In this document: positions 27,681-37,963 of the stretch, piece by piece
Position numbering within the stretch: position 1 is the stretch's first letter
How the letters are laid out: every line of letters begins with the position of its first letter
From: a bacterium
GTDB lineage: Bacteria; UBA8248
Length of the DNA: 64,000 nt
NCBI GenBank assembly: GCA_965204535.1
Contig: CBDBEV010000001.1
Span: forward strand, 704,001 to 768,000
Reading direction: 5' to 3'
The notes under the pieces: model-generated
The model's database searches: none
Told to the model about the DNA's origin: nothing
What the model saw: only the letters and a program-made list of their open reading frames with translations
Made by a program: the position numbers and the translations under genes

Positions 27681-29591
27681 TTATCTTGCGTCTGGTCGAA
27701 GCACTCTTTTATCTTCCACCCGTAAGGTAATCCGCGCAGTATCAAAATATTCAAGCAAAGGTATGGCGTGTTTTCTGGTAATACCCAGGAGATCCCGAAA
27801 TTCCGCCGCCGTAATTTCGTTGTTTTGCGATAGATGCTCTCTAAGAAGGTTTTCTGCTTCGCTCAAAGCGAGCCGATGGTAGACAATGTTGTCTTTCAGC
27901 CGCAATAAAACATCTTGATCGATGAGGAGTTGCAGAGCGTTTCGATTTGAGTTGCCTTTGCCGCCGCTTTGTGAGAATGCGTCTTCGACGGATGGCGGTT
28001 GAAAATGGGCATTCTTGAAAACAGACTCCAGTTTCGTTTTCACTTCTCCGAGCGTTTCATCAATTTCTACTGAATGGGAAGCGAGTCTTAAGGTGGCGCC
28101 ATTTTCAACGATTTCGTTCGATTCGCTTAAGTATCTGAGTGCGGCAGCAAAGATTTTCTCATTGATGTCGCCCGCCTTGCCGCGAACTTCTTCTCTGGGC
28201 GCCCCTGTGCGAAGAGGGTTTTGAGCATGGTATTCATTCAAAAAAGAAAGAATATTTTTCTGGGCTGTATTGAAATGCGCCGTTGTCATGGAGAAGAAAT
28301 TGGCTTGGTCGATAATTTGCACTTCTCCCTGGGCGGATAATTCCTGAATGGATTTCTGGATGTCGCTTGGCTTTAATGTGAGACGGCCTGTGAGGTCAGC
28401 GAGTTCGACTCCGTTCAACCGGGCATCCCGGAGCAATATGAGCAGTCTTTCCGTCTCATCTCCTTGATAGAGTGATTTCAGATGATCTAGGGATGAACTC
28501 CGCAGTCGCCTATGCTTGCGAGGCATGATATCCAGGATTTCCCCGCCACCTATCGTGATGATTGGCGAATAACTCCGGATGACGAATCGGTCTCTGGGTA
28601 GTACGACGATAGGTTCCTCCAGCCGTATCTGGGCAAATGAGCTATCTCCCGGTTCAAGCACGTCTCGTCCGATGAGAGATATCCTGCCCATGATTTCGGC
28701 GGTCCCTGCATGGAACCGGATCCGATTGCGGGTTTTCAGCGGGCGGGGCGCGTCGGCCAGATGTTCCAGGTGAACGTCGAGCATATACGTTGACTTCAGT
28801 TCGCCACGATGACCGATAATGTCTCCCCTGAACACTTCGGTCCGCTCGAGACCCTGTAGATTCACGGCGGTTCTGAGGCCGGCAGTCGATTTTTCCACGG
28901 ACTCCCCATGTACTTGCAGGCCACGAACGCGCGCCTGAAGAGTCCTGGGATAAACTTCAACCTGCTCACCTACAGCCACACTCCCACTGAACAAGGTTCC
29001 CGTAATCACGACCCCGAAGCCCCGCATCGTGAATACTCGGTCAACCGGTATGCGAAATATGCCCGTTTCGCTTTTCGCAGGTGTTTGATTAGCGATTTCG
29101 CTTACGGCTTTTTTGAGATTTTCCAGACCATCCCCGGTGTGAGCCGAAACTAGCACGATGGGTTTTTCTTCCAGGAATGTATCTTTTACGAAGTCTAGTA
29201 TGTCGTCCGTGACAAGTTCGACCCATTCCGGTTCGACCAGGTCTGTCTTGGTGAGCACGATGAGACCTGTTTTTATGCCGAGAAGTCGGCAAATGGATAG
29301 GTGTTCCCTCGTTTGCGGCATGATGCCTTCATCGGCAGCAACGATCAGCATGACCAAATCGATACCGCCGACTCCCGCCAGCATGTTCTTTACGAATCGT
29401 TCATGGCCCGGAACGTCCACGATGCCTGCGTGGACATTGTCGAGAGTTAACTCGGCGAACCCGAGTTCGATCGTGATACCGCGTTCTTTTTCCTCTTTGA
29501 GGCGATCGGTATCTGTGCCGGTCAATGCTTTGACGAGAGAGGTTTTGCCGTGATCGATGTGGCCGGCGGTTCCGATGACAACATGTTTCAT
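27681..29591 (-). CDS. selB: Selenocysteine-specific translation elongation factor SelB
   Basis: [36 protein letters not shown]; C-terminal winged helix [20 protein letters not shown]. Confidence 0.97.
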   Translation of the reverse strand: MKHVVIGTAGHIDHGKTSLVKALTGTDTDRLKEEKERGITIELGFAELTLDNVHAGIVDVPGHERFVKNMLAGVGGIDLVMLIVAADEGIMPQTREHLSICRLLGIKTGLIVLTKTDLVEPEWVELVTDDILDFVKDTFLEEKPIVLVSAHTGDGLENLKKAVSEIANQTPAKSETGIFRIPVDRVFTMRGFGVVITGTLFSGSVAVGEQVEVYPRTLQARVRGLQVHGESVEKSTAGLRTAVNLQGLERTEVFRGDIIGHRGELKSTYMLDVHLEHLADAPRPLKTRNRIRFHAGTAEIMGRISLIGRDVLEPGDSSFAQIRLEEPIVVLPRDRFVIRSYSPIITIGGGEILDIMPRKHRRLRSSSLDHLKSLYQGDETERLLILLRDARLNGVELADLTGRLTLKPSDIQKSIQELSAQGEVQIIDQANFFSMTTAHFNTAQKNILSFLNEYHAQNPLRTGAPREEVRGKAGDINEKIFAAALRYLSESNEIVENGATLRLASHSVEIDETLGEVKTKLESVFKNAHFQPPSVEDAFSQSGGKGNSNRNALQLLIDQDVLLRLKDNIVYHRLALSEAENLLREHLSQNNEITAAEFRDLLGITRKHAIPLLEYFDTARITLRVEDKRVLRPDAR

Positions 29592-29639
29592 AAGGTGGTT
29601 TCGTCTTCGTGTTTGATAGGCGAAATATGAAAATATCGA

Positions 29640-30443
29640 TCAGTCATGGCGATGGATGAATTCCAGGATGGACTCATTGAATTCAAGCGGTTTCTCGATA
29701 TATACGAAATGGCCGCCTTCATCAAAAATCTTCAATTCGGCTTCAGGGATGGCATCACTTAGTTGATGAGAATAATACGGCGGAGTGACAACATCGTCTC
29801 TTGCAACGGCCACCAGCACTGGACATGTGATTTGACCCAAGCGATCCAACTGATCGTGCGCAATAATGCAGTCGATTCTCTCGGCCATGATCTCGGCGGG
29901 AGGCGCGTTTGCGATCGATTGTTCTTCCTGCATTTGAATTTCTTGAAAGTTATCGGCGAAAAACTTCGGGCTATGCAATGTGAATGTGGAAAATCTTGTA
30001 TAGGTTTCCCATCCCATTTCAAGTAGAACTTCTTTGCGTACGCTGAACTGGCGGGTGAAATATGCGTCGCTCTTGGGCCAGGAACTTACGATAGACCCGC
30101 TTTTGACACGCTCGGGATAGTCGATACACATCACCTGGATGATAGCGCCCCCCGTTGAACTGCCGACGAGATGCGCTTGTTCTATTTCAAGATCATTCAT
30201 GATGGCGATGATATCTTTCGCCATGTTGGGGACGCTATAAACCCCACTCGGTTTGTCGCTCTTTCCCGTTCCTCTATGGTCATGAAGGATAAGCGGTCTC
30301 GTAGCGGAAAAGGCGTCGATTTGCTTTGCCCATATACCGCGAATACCCCCCAGCCCGGTGATTAGGAATACAGGCGTATCGGTATGCTGGGGATTGATGA
30401 TTTCATAATCTATTGCAACACCTTCGGAATTTACGGTTGGCAT
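29640..30443 (-). CDS. Alpha/beta hydrolase (RutD/PcaD-like)
   Basis: HDHRGTGKS, nucleophile elbow GSSTGG, Asp in RDDVV, His in GGHF. Confidence 0.88.
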   Translation of the reverse strand: MPTVNSEGVAIDYEIINPQHTDTPVFLITGLGGIRGIWAKQIDAFSATRPLILHDHRGTGKSDKPSGVYSVPNMAKDIIAIMNDLEIEQAHLVGSSTGGAIIQVMCIDYPERVKSGSIVSSWPKSDAYFTRQFSVRKEVLLEMGWETYTRFSTFTLHSPKFFADNFQEIQMQEEQSIANAPPAEIMAERIDCIIAHDQLDRLGQITCPVLVAVARDDVVTPPYYSHQLSDAIPEAELKIFDEGGHFVYIEKPLEFNESILEFIHRHD

Positions 30444-30503
30444 CGGAAAATTATCCCTTCTTATTGTGATAACGAGAAAAGTACTTGTACGGAAGGTATA
30501 AGG

Positions 30504-31946
30504 TTACTTTGCAAATTCGTTGAGAATCACGCCAAGCTGATCCATTTCACCTTCTCGAATACACCGCAGATCCAGTATCACTTTATCCTCATGAATGCGC
30601 GCCACGACAGGTGGAGTCGCATTACGTAACTTGGTTTCCAACGATTTGGCGGAAGAGTTTTTGGGAGATAATGTCACGGCGTAGCTTTCAAGTTCCGCCA
30701 AGGGCATAGCCCCGCCGCCTACCATACCCGACGTTTCCTCCACCCTGGCGCCAAGTGCGGAACAAGTGTGTTTCCCCATGAGATTCATCAGGGATTCCGC
30801 CTGTTTTTTCAGCTTTTCCCGGTTGGTGGATAACATGTAAAGTGTCGGAATCTGAGTGTGGGCGGCATCAGGATCGAGATATGCCCTGAGTGTCGCCTCC
30901 AAGGCGGCGAGCGTAAGCTTGTCGAGCCTGAGAATGCGCATGAGCGGGTGTTTTTTCATTTTTCCCACCCATGTCGCCTTGCCTACAACAATGCCGGCCT
31001 GCGGGCCACCGAGAAGTTTGTCCCCGGAAAAGGTAACGACATCGATTTCTGCCTGAATTGATTCAATGGCGGTGGGTTCATGCGGCAGACCATCGACATG
31101 AAGAAGCGAGCCGCTCCCGAGATCTTCCAGCGTGGGTATATTTGTTTCCTTGCCGAGTTTCGAGAGTTCATCGCGAGATGTTTCTTCCGTGAAGCCGACA
31201 ATCCTGTAATTACTGGTATGCGCTTTGAGCAGCAAAGCCGTATCTTGGGTAATGGCGTTGCGGTAGTCGGATATTCTCGTTTTGTTTGTCGTTCCTACTT
31301 CTACCAATTTTGCGCCGCTTTGCCGCATGATATCCGGGATTCGGAAAGAACCGCCAATTTCGACTAACTCGCCCCTGGAAACGATCACCTCGGCGGAATT
31401 GGCCATCGTATGAATCGCGAACATCACGGCGGCAGCGTTATTGTTGACGACAAGCGCCGCCTCCGCCCCTGTTAGTTGGCAAAGGAGAGATTCCACGTCG
31501 GACCCTCTTTTCCCTCTCCGCCCGAGGCTCAAATCGAATTCCAGATTTGAATATCCTTGCGCTACCTCATCTAGTGCCGCCCTTGCTGCCTCACTTAACG
31601 GGGCTCGACCCAGATTTGTATGCAGGACGATTCCTGTGGCGTTGATGACTTTTTTTAGCCCGAGTTGTTTGTTCGAGGTAAGTATTTGTTTTGCTTCATC
31701 GAGAACAATATCCCGAAGCGTTTGCTCGCACAGCGATGCGTTTTCCGCAGTATTCGGGAATTCCTGGTTTATTTGCTCGAGCAGAAGCTGTCTTTTTATT
31801 CCGATTGCTTTTCTGACGGCATCGGATAGGGCGGTGTCTGATGAGCCGTTGACACCGTCATTTTTAAGGCGGGTAACGATTTCATCCACCGAAGGCAATA
31901 GTCGAAGCAGCTTGGATGGAAGATTTCGAGCGTTTGGAGAAGTCAT
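30504..31946 (-). CDS. selA: L-seryl-tRNA(Sec) selenium transferase SelA
   Basis: LLPSVD, INATGIVLHTNLGRA, VVNNNAAA, SRGELVEIGGSFRIPD, EVGTTNKT, FSGDKLLGGPQAG; start set at ATG 31946. Confidence 0.97.
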   Translation of the reverse strand: MTSPNARNLPSKLLRLLPSVDEIVTRLKNDGVNGSSDTALSDAVRKAIGIKRQLLLEQINQEFPNTAENASLCEQTLRDIVLDEAKQILTSNKQLGLKKVINATGIVLHTNLGRAPLSEAARAALDEVAQGYSNLEFDLSLGRRGKRGSDVESLLCQLTGAEAALVVNNNAAAVMFAIHTMANSAEVIVSRGELVEIGGSFRIPDIMRQSGAKLVEVGTTNKTRISDYRNAITQDTALLLKAHTSNYRIVGFTEETSRDELSKLGKETNIPTLEDLGSGSLLHVDGLPHEPTAIESIQAEIDVVTFSGDKLLGGPQAGIVVGKATWVGKMKKHPLMRILRLDKLTLAALEATLRAYLDPDAAHTQIPTLYMLSTNREKLKKQAESLMNLMGKHTCSALGARVEETSGMVGGGAMPLAELESYAVTLSPKNSSAKSLETKLRNATPPVVARIHEDKVILDLRCIREGEMDQLGVILNEFAK

Positions 31947-32103
31947 GCTGCATCCCTTATATGAATACGATTGTCGACTATAAGATTGCAGGTTTTGAAT
32001 GGTCAAGTCGTCAATATCAAGGTTGGCTTGGGAGGCAATGTATCATGAATAGAGGTCCTCTCTCGTAAGGAGGATTGGGGGATTTCTCCGATTTGAATTC
32101 ATC

Positions 32104-32132
32104 TTGACACCCGCCCGACCCCTTGGTAGTGT
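32104..32132 (+). promoter_or_regulatory. Putative sigma70 promoter for the DUF35-CoA transferase genes
   Basis: TTGACA (32104), 17-bp spacer, TAGTGT (32127) preceded by an extended -10 TG. Confidence 0.55.
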
Positions 32133-32230
32133 TCGCGCACTAATCCCGGAATGCCTATGAGATTTAACTAGCCGTTTACATTTCGTTCAAGTAGATTTGG
32201 TTCTTCGAAACTTGAAAAGCAGGGTAGTAC

Positions 32231-33154
32231 ATGATTTTCCCCGAAAATGAGCCTTCGATTTTCATTCCTGGCAAGAATAAAGTTGTCGTTCCGTTTATGC
32301 GCGATGTTTTTACGATTCCCAGGAATTCCCGTCATAAGCCCAAGCTCATCGGCTCTGTTTGCAAGGAATGCGAGGAATATTTTTTTCCGAAGACCGGCTC
32401 GAAAACGACTTGCGATAATCCGGTCTGTCCGCGCAGCACGAGTGAAGTGCTTTTGAGCGGAAAGGGCAAGCTCCTTTCGGCCACGATCACGCGTTCTTCC
32501 ACGGATGGGAATGCAGAACATGTCTCCGCAGTGATACTGCTCGATGAGGGGATAAAGATAAATTCCCATTTGATTGGTTGGGAAGGTTATCGGGACTTGC
32601 TTATTCCCGGTTCCCCGGTGGAACTCGTGTTACAGGATCTTGGAGAGAATGAATGGCGGGAAACGCAGGTGGGGTATGCCTTTCGCTTGATAACGGGACG
32701 CAGAAAACCCGTTTTCCCGCCCACCGAAGAGGAAATACAGGCGGCTGAGGCCTCGCGTGTGACAAATGAGAAACATGCGAAAAAACAAAAGGTTCGGCGG
32801 CAGAAAAAAGCCCCCCCGAAAGCTGTGGCGCAGAAAGCGGGAACGCGAACCAGGGGGAAAGCCTCCGTGTTGAAGAAAAAATCGGCTGCCGCTCCCAGCA
32901 AGCCCGCATCGGCGAAGAGCAAAGCGGCCAGTGCGAAAGCGGCTGCCGTTAAGAAAAAAGAGGCGGCGACGCGGAAAACGGCGGCCAACAAGAAAACGAG
33001 CACCACCAAGGCCGCGAATACGACGAACAGGAGCGCCACCGCCAAGAAAGCCGCCGGAGGAAAGGCGGCCGGGGCGAGGGCAACGACAAAAACAGCGGCG
33101 AAAAAACCCACCCGGAAGAAAACGGCCTCCAAAACCATCCCAAAACGCCCCTAG
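32231..33154 (+). CDS. DUF35/ChsH2-like Zn-ribbon + OB-fold protein with a Lys/Ala-rich histone H1-like tail
   Basis: LIGSVCKEC..YFFP...CDNPVC, LSGKGKL.S.T, ILLDEG, GYAFR, followed by a >100-aa K/A/T/S-rich tail. Confidence 0.8.
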   Translation: MIFPENEPSIFIPGKNKVVVPFMRDVFTIPRNSRHKPKLIGSVCKECEEYFFPKTGSKTTCDNPVCPRSTSEVLLSGKGKLLSATITRSSTDGNAEHVSAVILLDEGIKINSHLIGWEGYRDLLIPGSPVELVLQDLGENEWRETQVGYAFRLITGRRKPVFPPTEEEIQAAEASRVTNEKHAKKQKVRRQKKAPPKAVAQKAGTRTRGKASVLKKKSAAAPSKPASAKSKAASAKAAAVKKKEAATRKTAANKKTSTTKAANTTNRSATAKKAAGGKAAGARATTKTAAKKPTRKKTASKTIPKRP

Positions 33155-33172
33155 AGCGCATTCTCTCATCCG

Positions 33173-34339
33173 ATGCCACTCCTCCAGGGTCTGAAGGTTA
33201 TCGACGCCAGCCAGTTCAACGCCGGCCCCATCGTATCGCTCTATCTGGCGGGCTATGGCGCTGAAGTCATCAAGGTGGAGCGCCCCGGCGGGGAGGACAG
33301 CCGCGCCATCGGCCCGTTCAAGAACGGCGAGAGCAGCTACTTCATGAGCTTAAACCGCGGCAAGCGCTCCATCGCGCTTGATCTCAAAAACCCCGATGGA
33401 GTCGGGGTTTTCAGGAAACTCTGCCGGGGAGCCGACGTTCTCGTGGAAAACCTCCTCCCCGGCGTGATGGACCGCCTGGGCGTCGGCTGGGAGGTCCTGA
33501 AGGCGGAAAACCCCAGGCTCGTATACGGCGCGGTATCCGGCTTCGGCCAGACCGGCGAACACGCACGACGCCCGGCCTTCGACAGCCTCTTGCAAGCCGC
33601 GGGCGGACTCATCAGCGTGACGGGGCCTGTGGGCGGAGCGCCCGTGCGCGTGGGCGTCTCGATCGTCGACGTGACGAGCGGCCTCTACCTGCTCTCGGGA
33701 ATCCTCACCGCCCTCCTGCGCCGGGAGCGCACCGGCGAGGGCACCCGCGTGGACGCCTCCATGATGGGCGCGACGGTCAACATCATGGAAAACCCGGTGG
33801 CGCGCCACGCCTTCACCGGCCAAGTGCCTGAACCGGAAGGACTTTCCCATCCGGTGGTCTCTCCCTTTTCGGGCTATAAGACCAGGGACGGCCTCTTATA
33901 CGTGGCGATCTCGAACACGAACCGCTACCGCGTTTTCGTCGAAGCCATTGAAAAGCCTGCGCTTGCGGACGATCTCCGCTTCCGGGAGAACAAGGATCGT
34001 GTGGCGAACGACGCCGCCCTGCGCGAAATCCTGGAGGACGTCCTCACCGAGAAGACGACCGCCGAATGGGAGGAACTCCTTATCCCTCAAGGGGTTACGG
34101 TGAGCGCCATCAACGACGTCGCCCAGGTGAAAGAGCGCTTCCCGGAAGCCTTCGTCGAGGTCGACCACCCCGCTGCGGGGCCGGGTCTCATGCCCGCCTC
34201 CCCGGTTGCGTTCGGGGGCGAAACGCTTGATTTTTCAAGGCCTGCGCCGATGCTGGGCGAGCACACCGATGAGATTCTCGCAGAGCTGGGCTACGGATCG
34301 GAGGAAATCGCCCGCCTGCGCGCCGGGAAAGTCGTGTAA
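33173..34339 (+). CDS. CaiB/BaiF family III CoA transferase
   Basis: AGP..., GAEVIKVERP, NRGKRSIALDLK, ADVLVEN, SGFGQTG, APMLGEHT. Confidence 0.95.
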   Translation: MPLLQGLKVIDASQFNAGPIVSLYLAGYGAEVIKVERPGGEDSRAIGPFKNGESSYFMSLNRGKRSIALDLKNPDGVGVFRKLCRGADVLVENLLPGVMDRLGVGWEVLKAENPRLVYGAVSGFGQTGEHARRPAFDSLLQAAGGLISVTGPVGGAPVRVGVSIVDVTSGLYLLSGILTALLRRERTGEGTRVDASMMGATVNIMENPVARHAFTGQVPEPEGLSHPVVSPFSGYKTRDGLLYVAISNTNRYRVFVEAIEKPALADDLRFRENKDRVANDAALREILEDVLTEKTTAEWEELLIPQGVTVSAINDVAQVKERFPEAFVEVDHPAAGPGLMPASPVAFGGETLDFSRPAPMLGEHTDEILAELGYGSEEIARLRAGKVV

Positions 34340-34431
34340 TCTCTAATAGGTTAAAATACAATCACTTGGCGAAGAATGGCCTCGGCCCCGTAAGGGGAAA
34401 GAGGATCAAGCTTTTCCGCGCGTTTTGACAT

Positions 34432-34676
34432 CGCAACTCCCCGCATTTGCCGTCATGGCGGGACCGGCCGATCGTGGCAGAATCCTCCTGCGCCCCGATT
34501 CCGCGGCGTCATTTCCCAAGAATTTAATTTTCAGAAATTTACGGAAAAACCCCTTTAATTTATCGATATTTTCGGGAATTTACGGAAATTCCATATCCTT
34601 GAGAATGAAGCGCCCGGCTTCGCCATCATACGCGCTCGCGCCCCGAGCAGCGCGACGGCAATTGCGGGGAAATGCG
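34432..34676. mobile_element. ~245-bp MITE-like element, copy 2 (inverted relative to 22436-22690)
   Basis: TIRs CGCAACTCCCCGCATTTGCCGTC / GACGGCAATTGCGGGGAAATGCG (20/23 match); internal AATTTACGGAAA direct repeats. Confidence 0.75.
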
Positions 34677-35193
34677 TGGGGGGGAGCGCCAATACCTCAG
34701 GAATGTTCCCATTGGTTTCGGATCTTCTTGCTTGAGCGAAACGTGTCTCTTACTCACCTGAAGCACGTCACCGCAGAGATTGGTTTGAGCCTGTAGGCGG
34801 CTGCGACAAGTATCCTTGGCGTGCAGAGCCTTGAATTTGACGACGAAAGCCTAAAATAGCAGCGAGCTGGATTGGAGTTCACGATGCCGAACGTCGAAAG
34901 CCTCAAACGTCATTTGCGGGCACGCCTTCAACGTGAATCACGAAAGGAGGTCAGCGCGGCGGAAGCGGAGGGATGGAAAAGGATGGATTTCTGCTTGATC
35001 GAAAAGATGGCCAGCTCCTACGAAACTTGCTTTGCGGTAGGCTGATCACTAGTCAGAAACAGCACCCGAACCAGAAATACGGTCTATGGCGGATTCGGTG
35101 TGAGGCTGTCTTTCCGAACCATTCAAACAGATTGGTATCAGTGGATAAACCCATGACACCGGCCATCCAAGATACGGAAAGGTTCCCGGCCGT

Positions 35194-36435
35194 TTACGCT
35201 CCACCTTCTATTTCGATGCGCCTGAAGTAGTAGCTGTCCTCGGCCGTCACGACCAGCCCCTCGGTCGAGGCATTGCGGATGGCCGTAACCTCGATCTGGT
35301 ACTTCAAGCCGTAATGCGAGATTTTCCCCAATCCAGCTTCGACCGAGTTCCTGGCGGGGAACGGAAAGGCGAAGAAGTTCCTGTAAAGGGCGTTGTAGGC
35401 GTCATAGTCGCGGAAATCGGTCAGCGTCACCTGAGATTGCGCGACGTCCAGCACCTCCATGTCGAACTCCTTCAGAAGATGTTCCACATTGGCAAGGACG
35501 TTTCGCGTCTGTTTTTGGATGTCACCGGGATCGCGCACGCCGCTTTCCTCGTCCACGCTGAGGATTCCGTTGGAAATCATCATCTCACCGGCCAGAACGC
35601 CTCGGGCGTTTCCGGGCCCCGTCCGGTACTCCTTCTCACCAAGGTATGCGGTCGCCTCTATCTTCACGTCGGCTTCGAGAATCGGCAATGACGCCGTCAC
35701 GATCGTCGTGATCGGTCTTGGTTCCGCAAATGCATCGGCGATTGCCGCTTCAACCGCCTCCACGTCTCTCATGTCACGGACGAACCCCCGCAGGCGGATG
35801 ACGTCTCCGAGGGATCCGCCGTTTTCGGTCAATATGTCTCCAATACCCTCGACAATTGCCTCGGTCTGCGCCTTCGAATTCCCCGGCGAGACGACATCAC
35901 CTTTGGCATCGAGCGGCAGCCGCGCACTCAGGCACAGCAGGTCGCCCATTCTCCTGCCGGCGCAGGACGGCGCGTACTCATGCGCCTGCTTCCCAGCGGG
36001 CTGGAGTGGTGTGGTTTCTACGGCACCGGCAAACCCTTCGATTTCCATGATCATCGACGGCATATAGAGGTCGTAGCCGGTGAGCGTGTCAGCCGGTTCA
36101 GCCGGGATGCGATACTTCTCGTACGCTTTGATGAATGGCCCGATCTCTTTCCAGCCTTCTAGAAACAGATTCAACCGAAGAACATCACTCCACTTACCAC
36201 CGGCGATCTCGACGGCGAGTTTCAGGGACTCGATGGCCTCGCGCGTCTGGGCTTCCATATCGGCACGACCGGGCGTTTCTCCGGCCATTCGGCCATTCGG
36301 GATGCCATCGACCATCAACGCTTCGGTCGTGATGCCCGGCATCCCGCCAAGAAAGATGTAATCCCCCGCCCGGAACGCGTAGCAGTACGGTCCTGATGGC
36401 GGTGGCAGTCTCGGGTCTTGTATTGTTCTGGGCAT
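35194..36435 (-). CDS. Second triple-domain Rid (YjgF/UK114) protein
   Basis: PSGPYCYAFRAGDYIFLGG, three AQT/KQT...DV repeats, FFAFPFPARNSV in domain 3. Confidence 0.85.
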   Translation of the reverse strand: MPRTIQDPRLPPPSGPYCYAFRAGDYIFLGGMPGITTEALMVDGIPNGRMAGETPGRADMEAQTREAIESLKLAVEIAGGKWSDVLRLNLFLEGWKEIGPFIKAYEKYRIPAEPADTLTGYDLYMPSMIMEIEGFAGAVETTPLQPAGKQAHEYAPSCAGRRMGDLLCLSARLPLDAKGDVVSPGNSKAQTEAIVEGIGDILTENGGSLGDVIRLRGFVRDMRDVEAVEAAIADAFAEPRPITTIVTASLPILEADVKIEATAYLGEKEYRTGPGNARGVLAGEMMISNGILSVDEESGVRDPGDIQKQTRNVLANVEHLLKEFDMEVLDVAQSQVTLTDFRDYDAYNALYRNFFAFPFPARNSVEAGLGKISHYGLKYQIEVTAIRNASTEGLVVTAEDSYYFRRIEIEGGA

Positions 36436-36492
36436 ATTGGAATTCTCCTATCTTGAGACTCGTGTTGACCGGTTGTCACGCGGTTGCAAAAT

Positions 36493-37197
36493 TTATCCTC
36501 CGAGGTAGTGGCGTATCAGGTCACCGTCCCCGATAAGACTGGCGGTGGGCCCGGCCATGGAGATCTTACCGTCGCGCAATATGTACCCGAAGTCAGCAAC
36601 CGAGAGCGCCAGGTGGACATTTTGCTCGACCAGAAGAATCGTCATTCCGGCCTCCTTCAGTTTCTTGATGATTTCCCCCAGGCGCTCAACGAGGATCGGA
36701 GCAAGCCCAGACGAAGGTTCATCAAGCAGCAGAAGCTTCGGCCGCGAAATCAGACCGCGCCCGAATGCGACGAGCTGCTGTTGTCCGACACTGAGCGTAT
36801 TGCCCTTACGGTTCAACCATTGTCGAATTTCAGGAAACCGTTCGTAGATCGACTCGAAATCATCTTTCGATTTCTCCTGGCGTGGCCGCGCGAAGGCGCC
36901 GAGCCTCAGGTTCTCCATAACCGTCAGCGGCGCGAAGATGCGGCGGCCCTGCGGCACAAGAGAAATGCCCATTGGAACGATTTCACGGGGTTCCATACCG
37001 CAGATTTCCCTATCCTCGAATCGAATGCTGCCGGCGCTCGCCTTCACGGCGCCGACGATCGTTTTCAATGTCGTTGATTTTCCCGAGCCGTTACCGCCAA
37101 GCAGGGTAATGACCTTGCCGGCCGGAACGTCGAGCGAGACACCGCTCAGTACCTGTACGGGGCCATATGCGGCCCAGATATTGTCAAGAGTCAACAT
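36493..37197 (-). CDS. Branched-chain amino acid-type ABC ATPase (LivF-like)
   Basis: GGNGSGKST, VPQGRRIF..LTV.ENL, LLLDEPS.GLAP, LLVEQN. Confidence 0.92.
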   Translation of the reverse strand: MLTLDNIWAAYGPVQVLSGVSLDVPAGKVITLLGGNGSGKSTTLKTIVGAVKASAGSIRFEDREICGMEPREIVPMGISLVPQGRRIFAPLTVMENLRLGAFARPRQEKSKDDFESIYERFPEIRQWLNRKGNTLSVGQQQLVAFGRGLISRPKLLLLDEPSSGLAPILVERLGEIIKKLKEAGMTILLVEQNVHLALSVADFGYILRDGKISMAGPTASLIGDGDLIRHYLGG

Positions 37198-37963
37198 ATT
37201 TCATCGCCTTGCCCAGGTAGGCCTCGATTACATTCGGGTCCCTGCGTACGACCTCGGGTGTCCCCTCGGCGATCTTCTCGCCGTGATCGAGAACCGTGAT
37301 CCGATCGGAAATGCTCATCACCAGGCGGATGACGTGTTCAATCAGCAATATGCTCGTCTTGCCGCGAGATCGCAGGTTGTCCAGGATTTCGGTGAGCCGC
37401 TCGTACATCACCGGACTCAATCCCGCGGCCGGCTCGTCCAACAGGACGAGCAGCGGATCGGAAACCAGTGCGCGCGCGAGTTCCAACATGCGTTGTTGCC
37501 CAAACGACATCCGGTTCGCCGGACGGTTGGCTAGATGAGCGAGCCGCACGGATTCAAGCGCCTCATACGCCCTGTCCCTGATCTCCGAATCTTCCCGCAC
37601 GACCCGAGGCGGGCGAACGACCCCGCCGATAACACTGCTTCGGCTCTTGCCATGATAGCCGACCATGACGTTCTCAAGCCCCGTCATCTCCGAAAACACC
37701 TGGAGGTCTTGAAAGGTGCGCGAAATGCCAAGGCCGGCCATGCTGTATGCCTTGGTCGAACTGATGTTCTGGCCGTTAAAGACGACCTCTCCTGTTTTTT
37801 GATGCAGAAACCCCGTTATCGCGTTGCAAAGCGTCGTCTTCCCAGATCCGTTCGGACCAATCAGTCCATGGATCTCACCAATGCCGATCTCGAGCGATAC
37901 GCTCGAGAGAGCCGTAAGCGCCCCATAATTTACGGTCAGATCATCCACTTTAAGAATCGACAT
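37184..37963 (-). CDS. Branched-chain amino acid-type ABC ATPase (LivG-like)
   Basis: GLIGPNGSGKTT, RTFQ, LDEPAAGL, VIEAYLG. Confidence 0.92.
   Translation of the reverse strand: MSILKVDDLTVNYGALTALSSVSLEIGIGEIHGLIGPNGSGKTTLCNAITGFLHQKTGEVVFNGQNISSTKAYSMAGLGISRTFQDLQVFSEMTGLENVMVGYHGKSRSSVIGGVVRPPRVVREDSEIRDRAYEALESVRLAHLANRPANRMSFGQQRMLELARALVSDPLLVLLDEPAAGLSPVMYERLTEILDNLRSRGKTSILLIEHVIRLVMSISDRITVLDHGEKIAEGTPEVVRRDPNVIEAYLGKAMKYVDS

Noticed and set aside
34884-35045. 53-aa ORF MPNVESLKRHL... with a GGAG RBS, and overlapping ORF 34973-35230
   Set aside because: No recognisable motif; lies in degenerate island-border DNA
25243-35193. tRNA-Sec (selC), selD or a UGA-recoded selenoprotein near selAB
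   Set aside because: No tRNA cloverleaf with a TCA anticodon seen in the intergenic gaps, and no ORF looks truncated at a Cys-equivalent TGA; tRNAscan-SE and bSECISearch would be decisive
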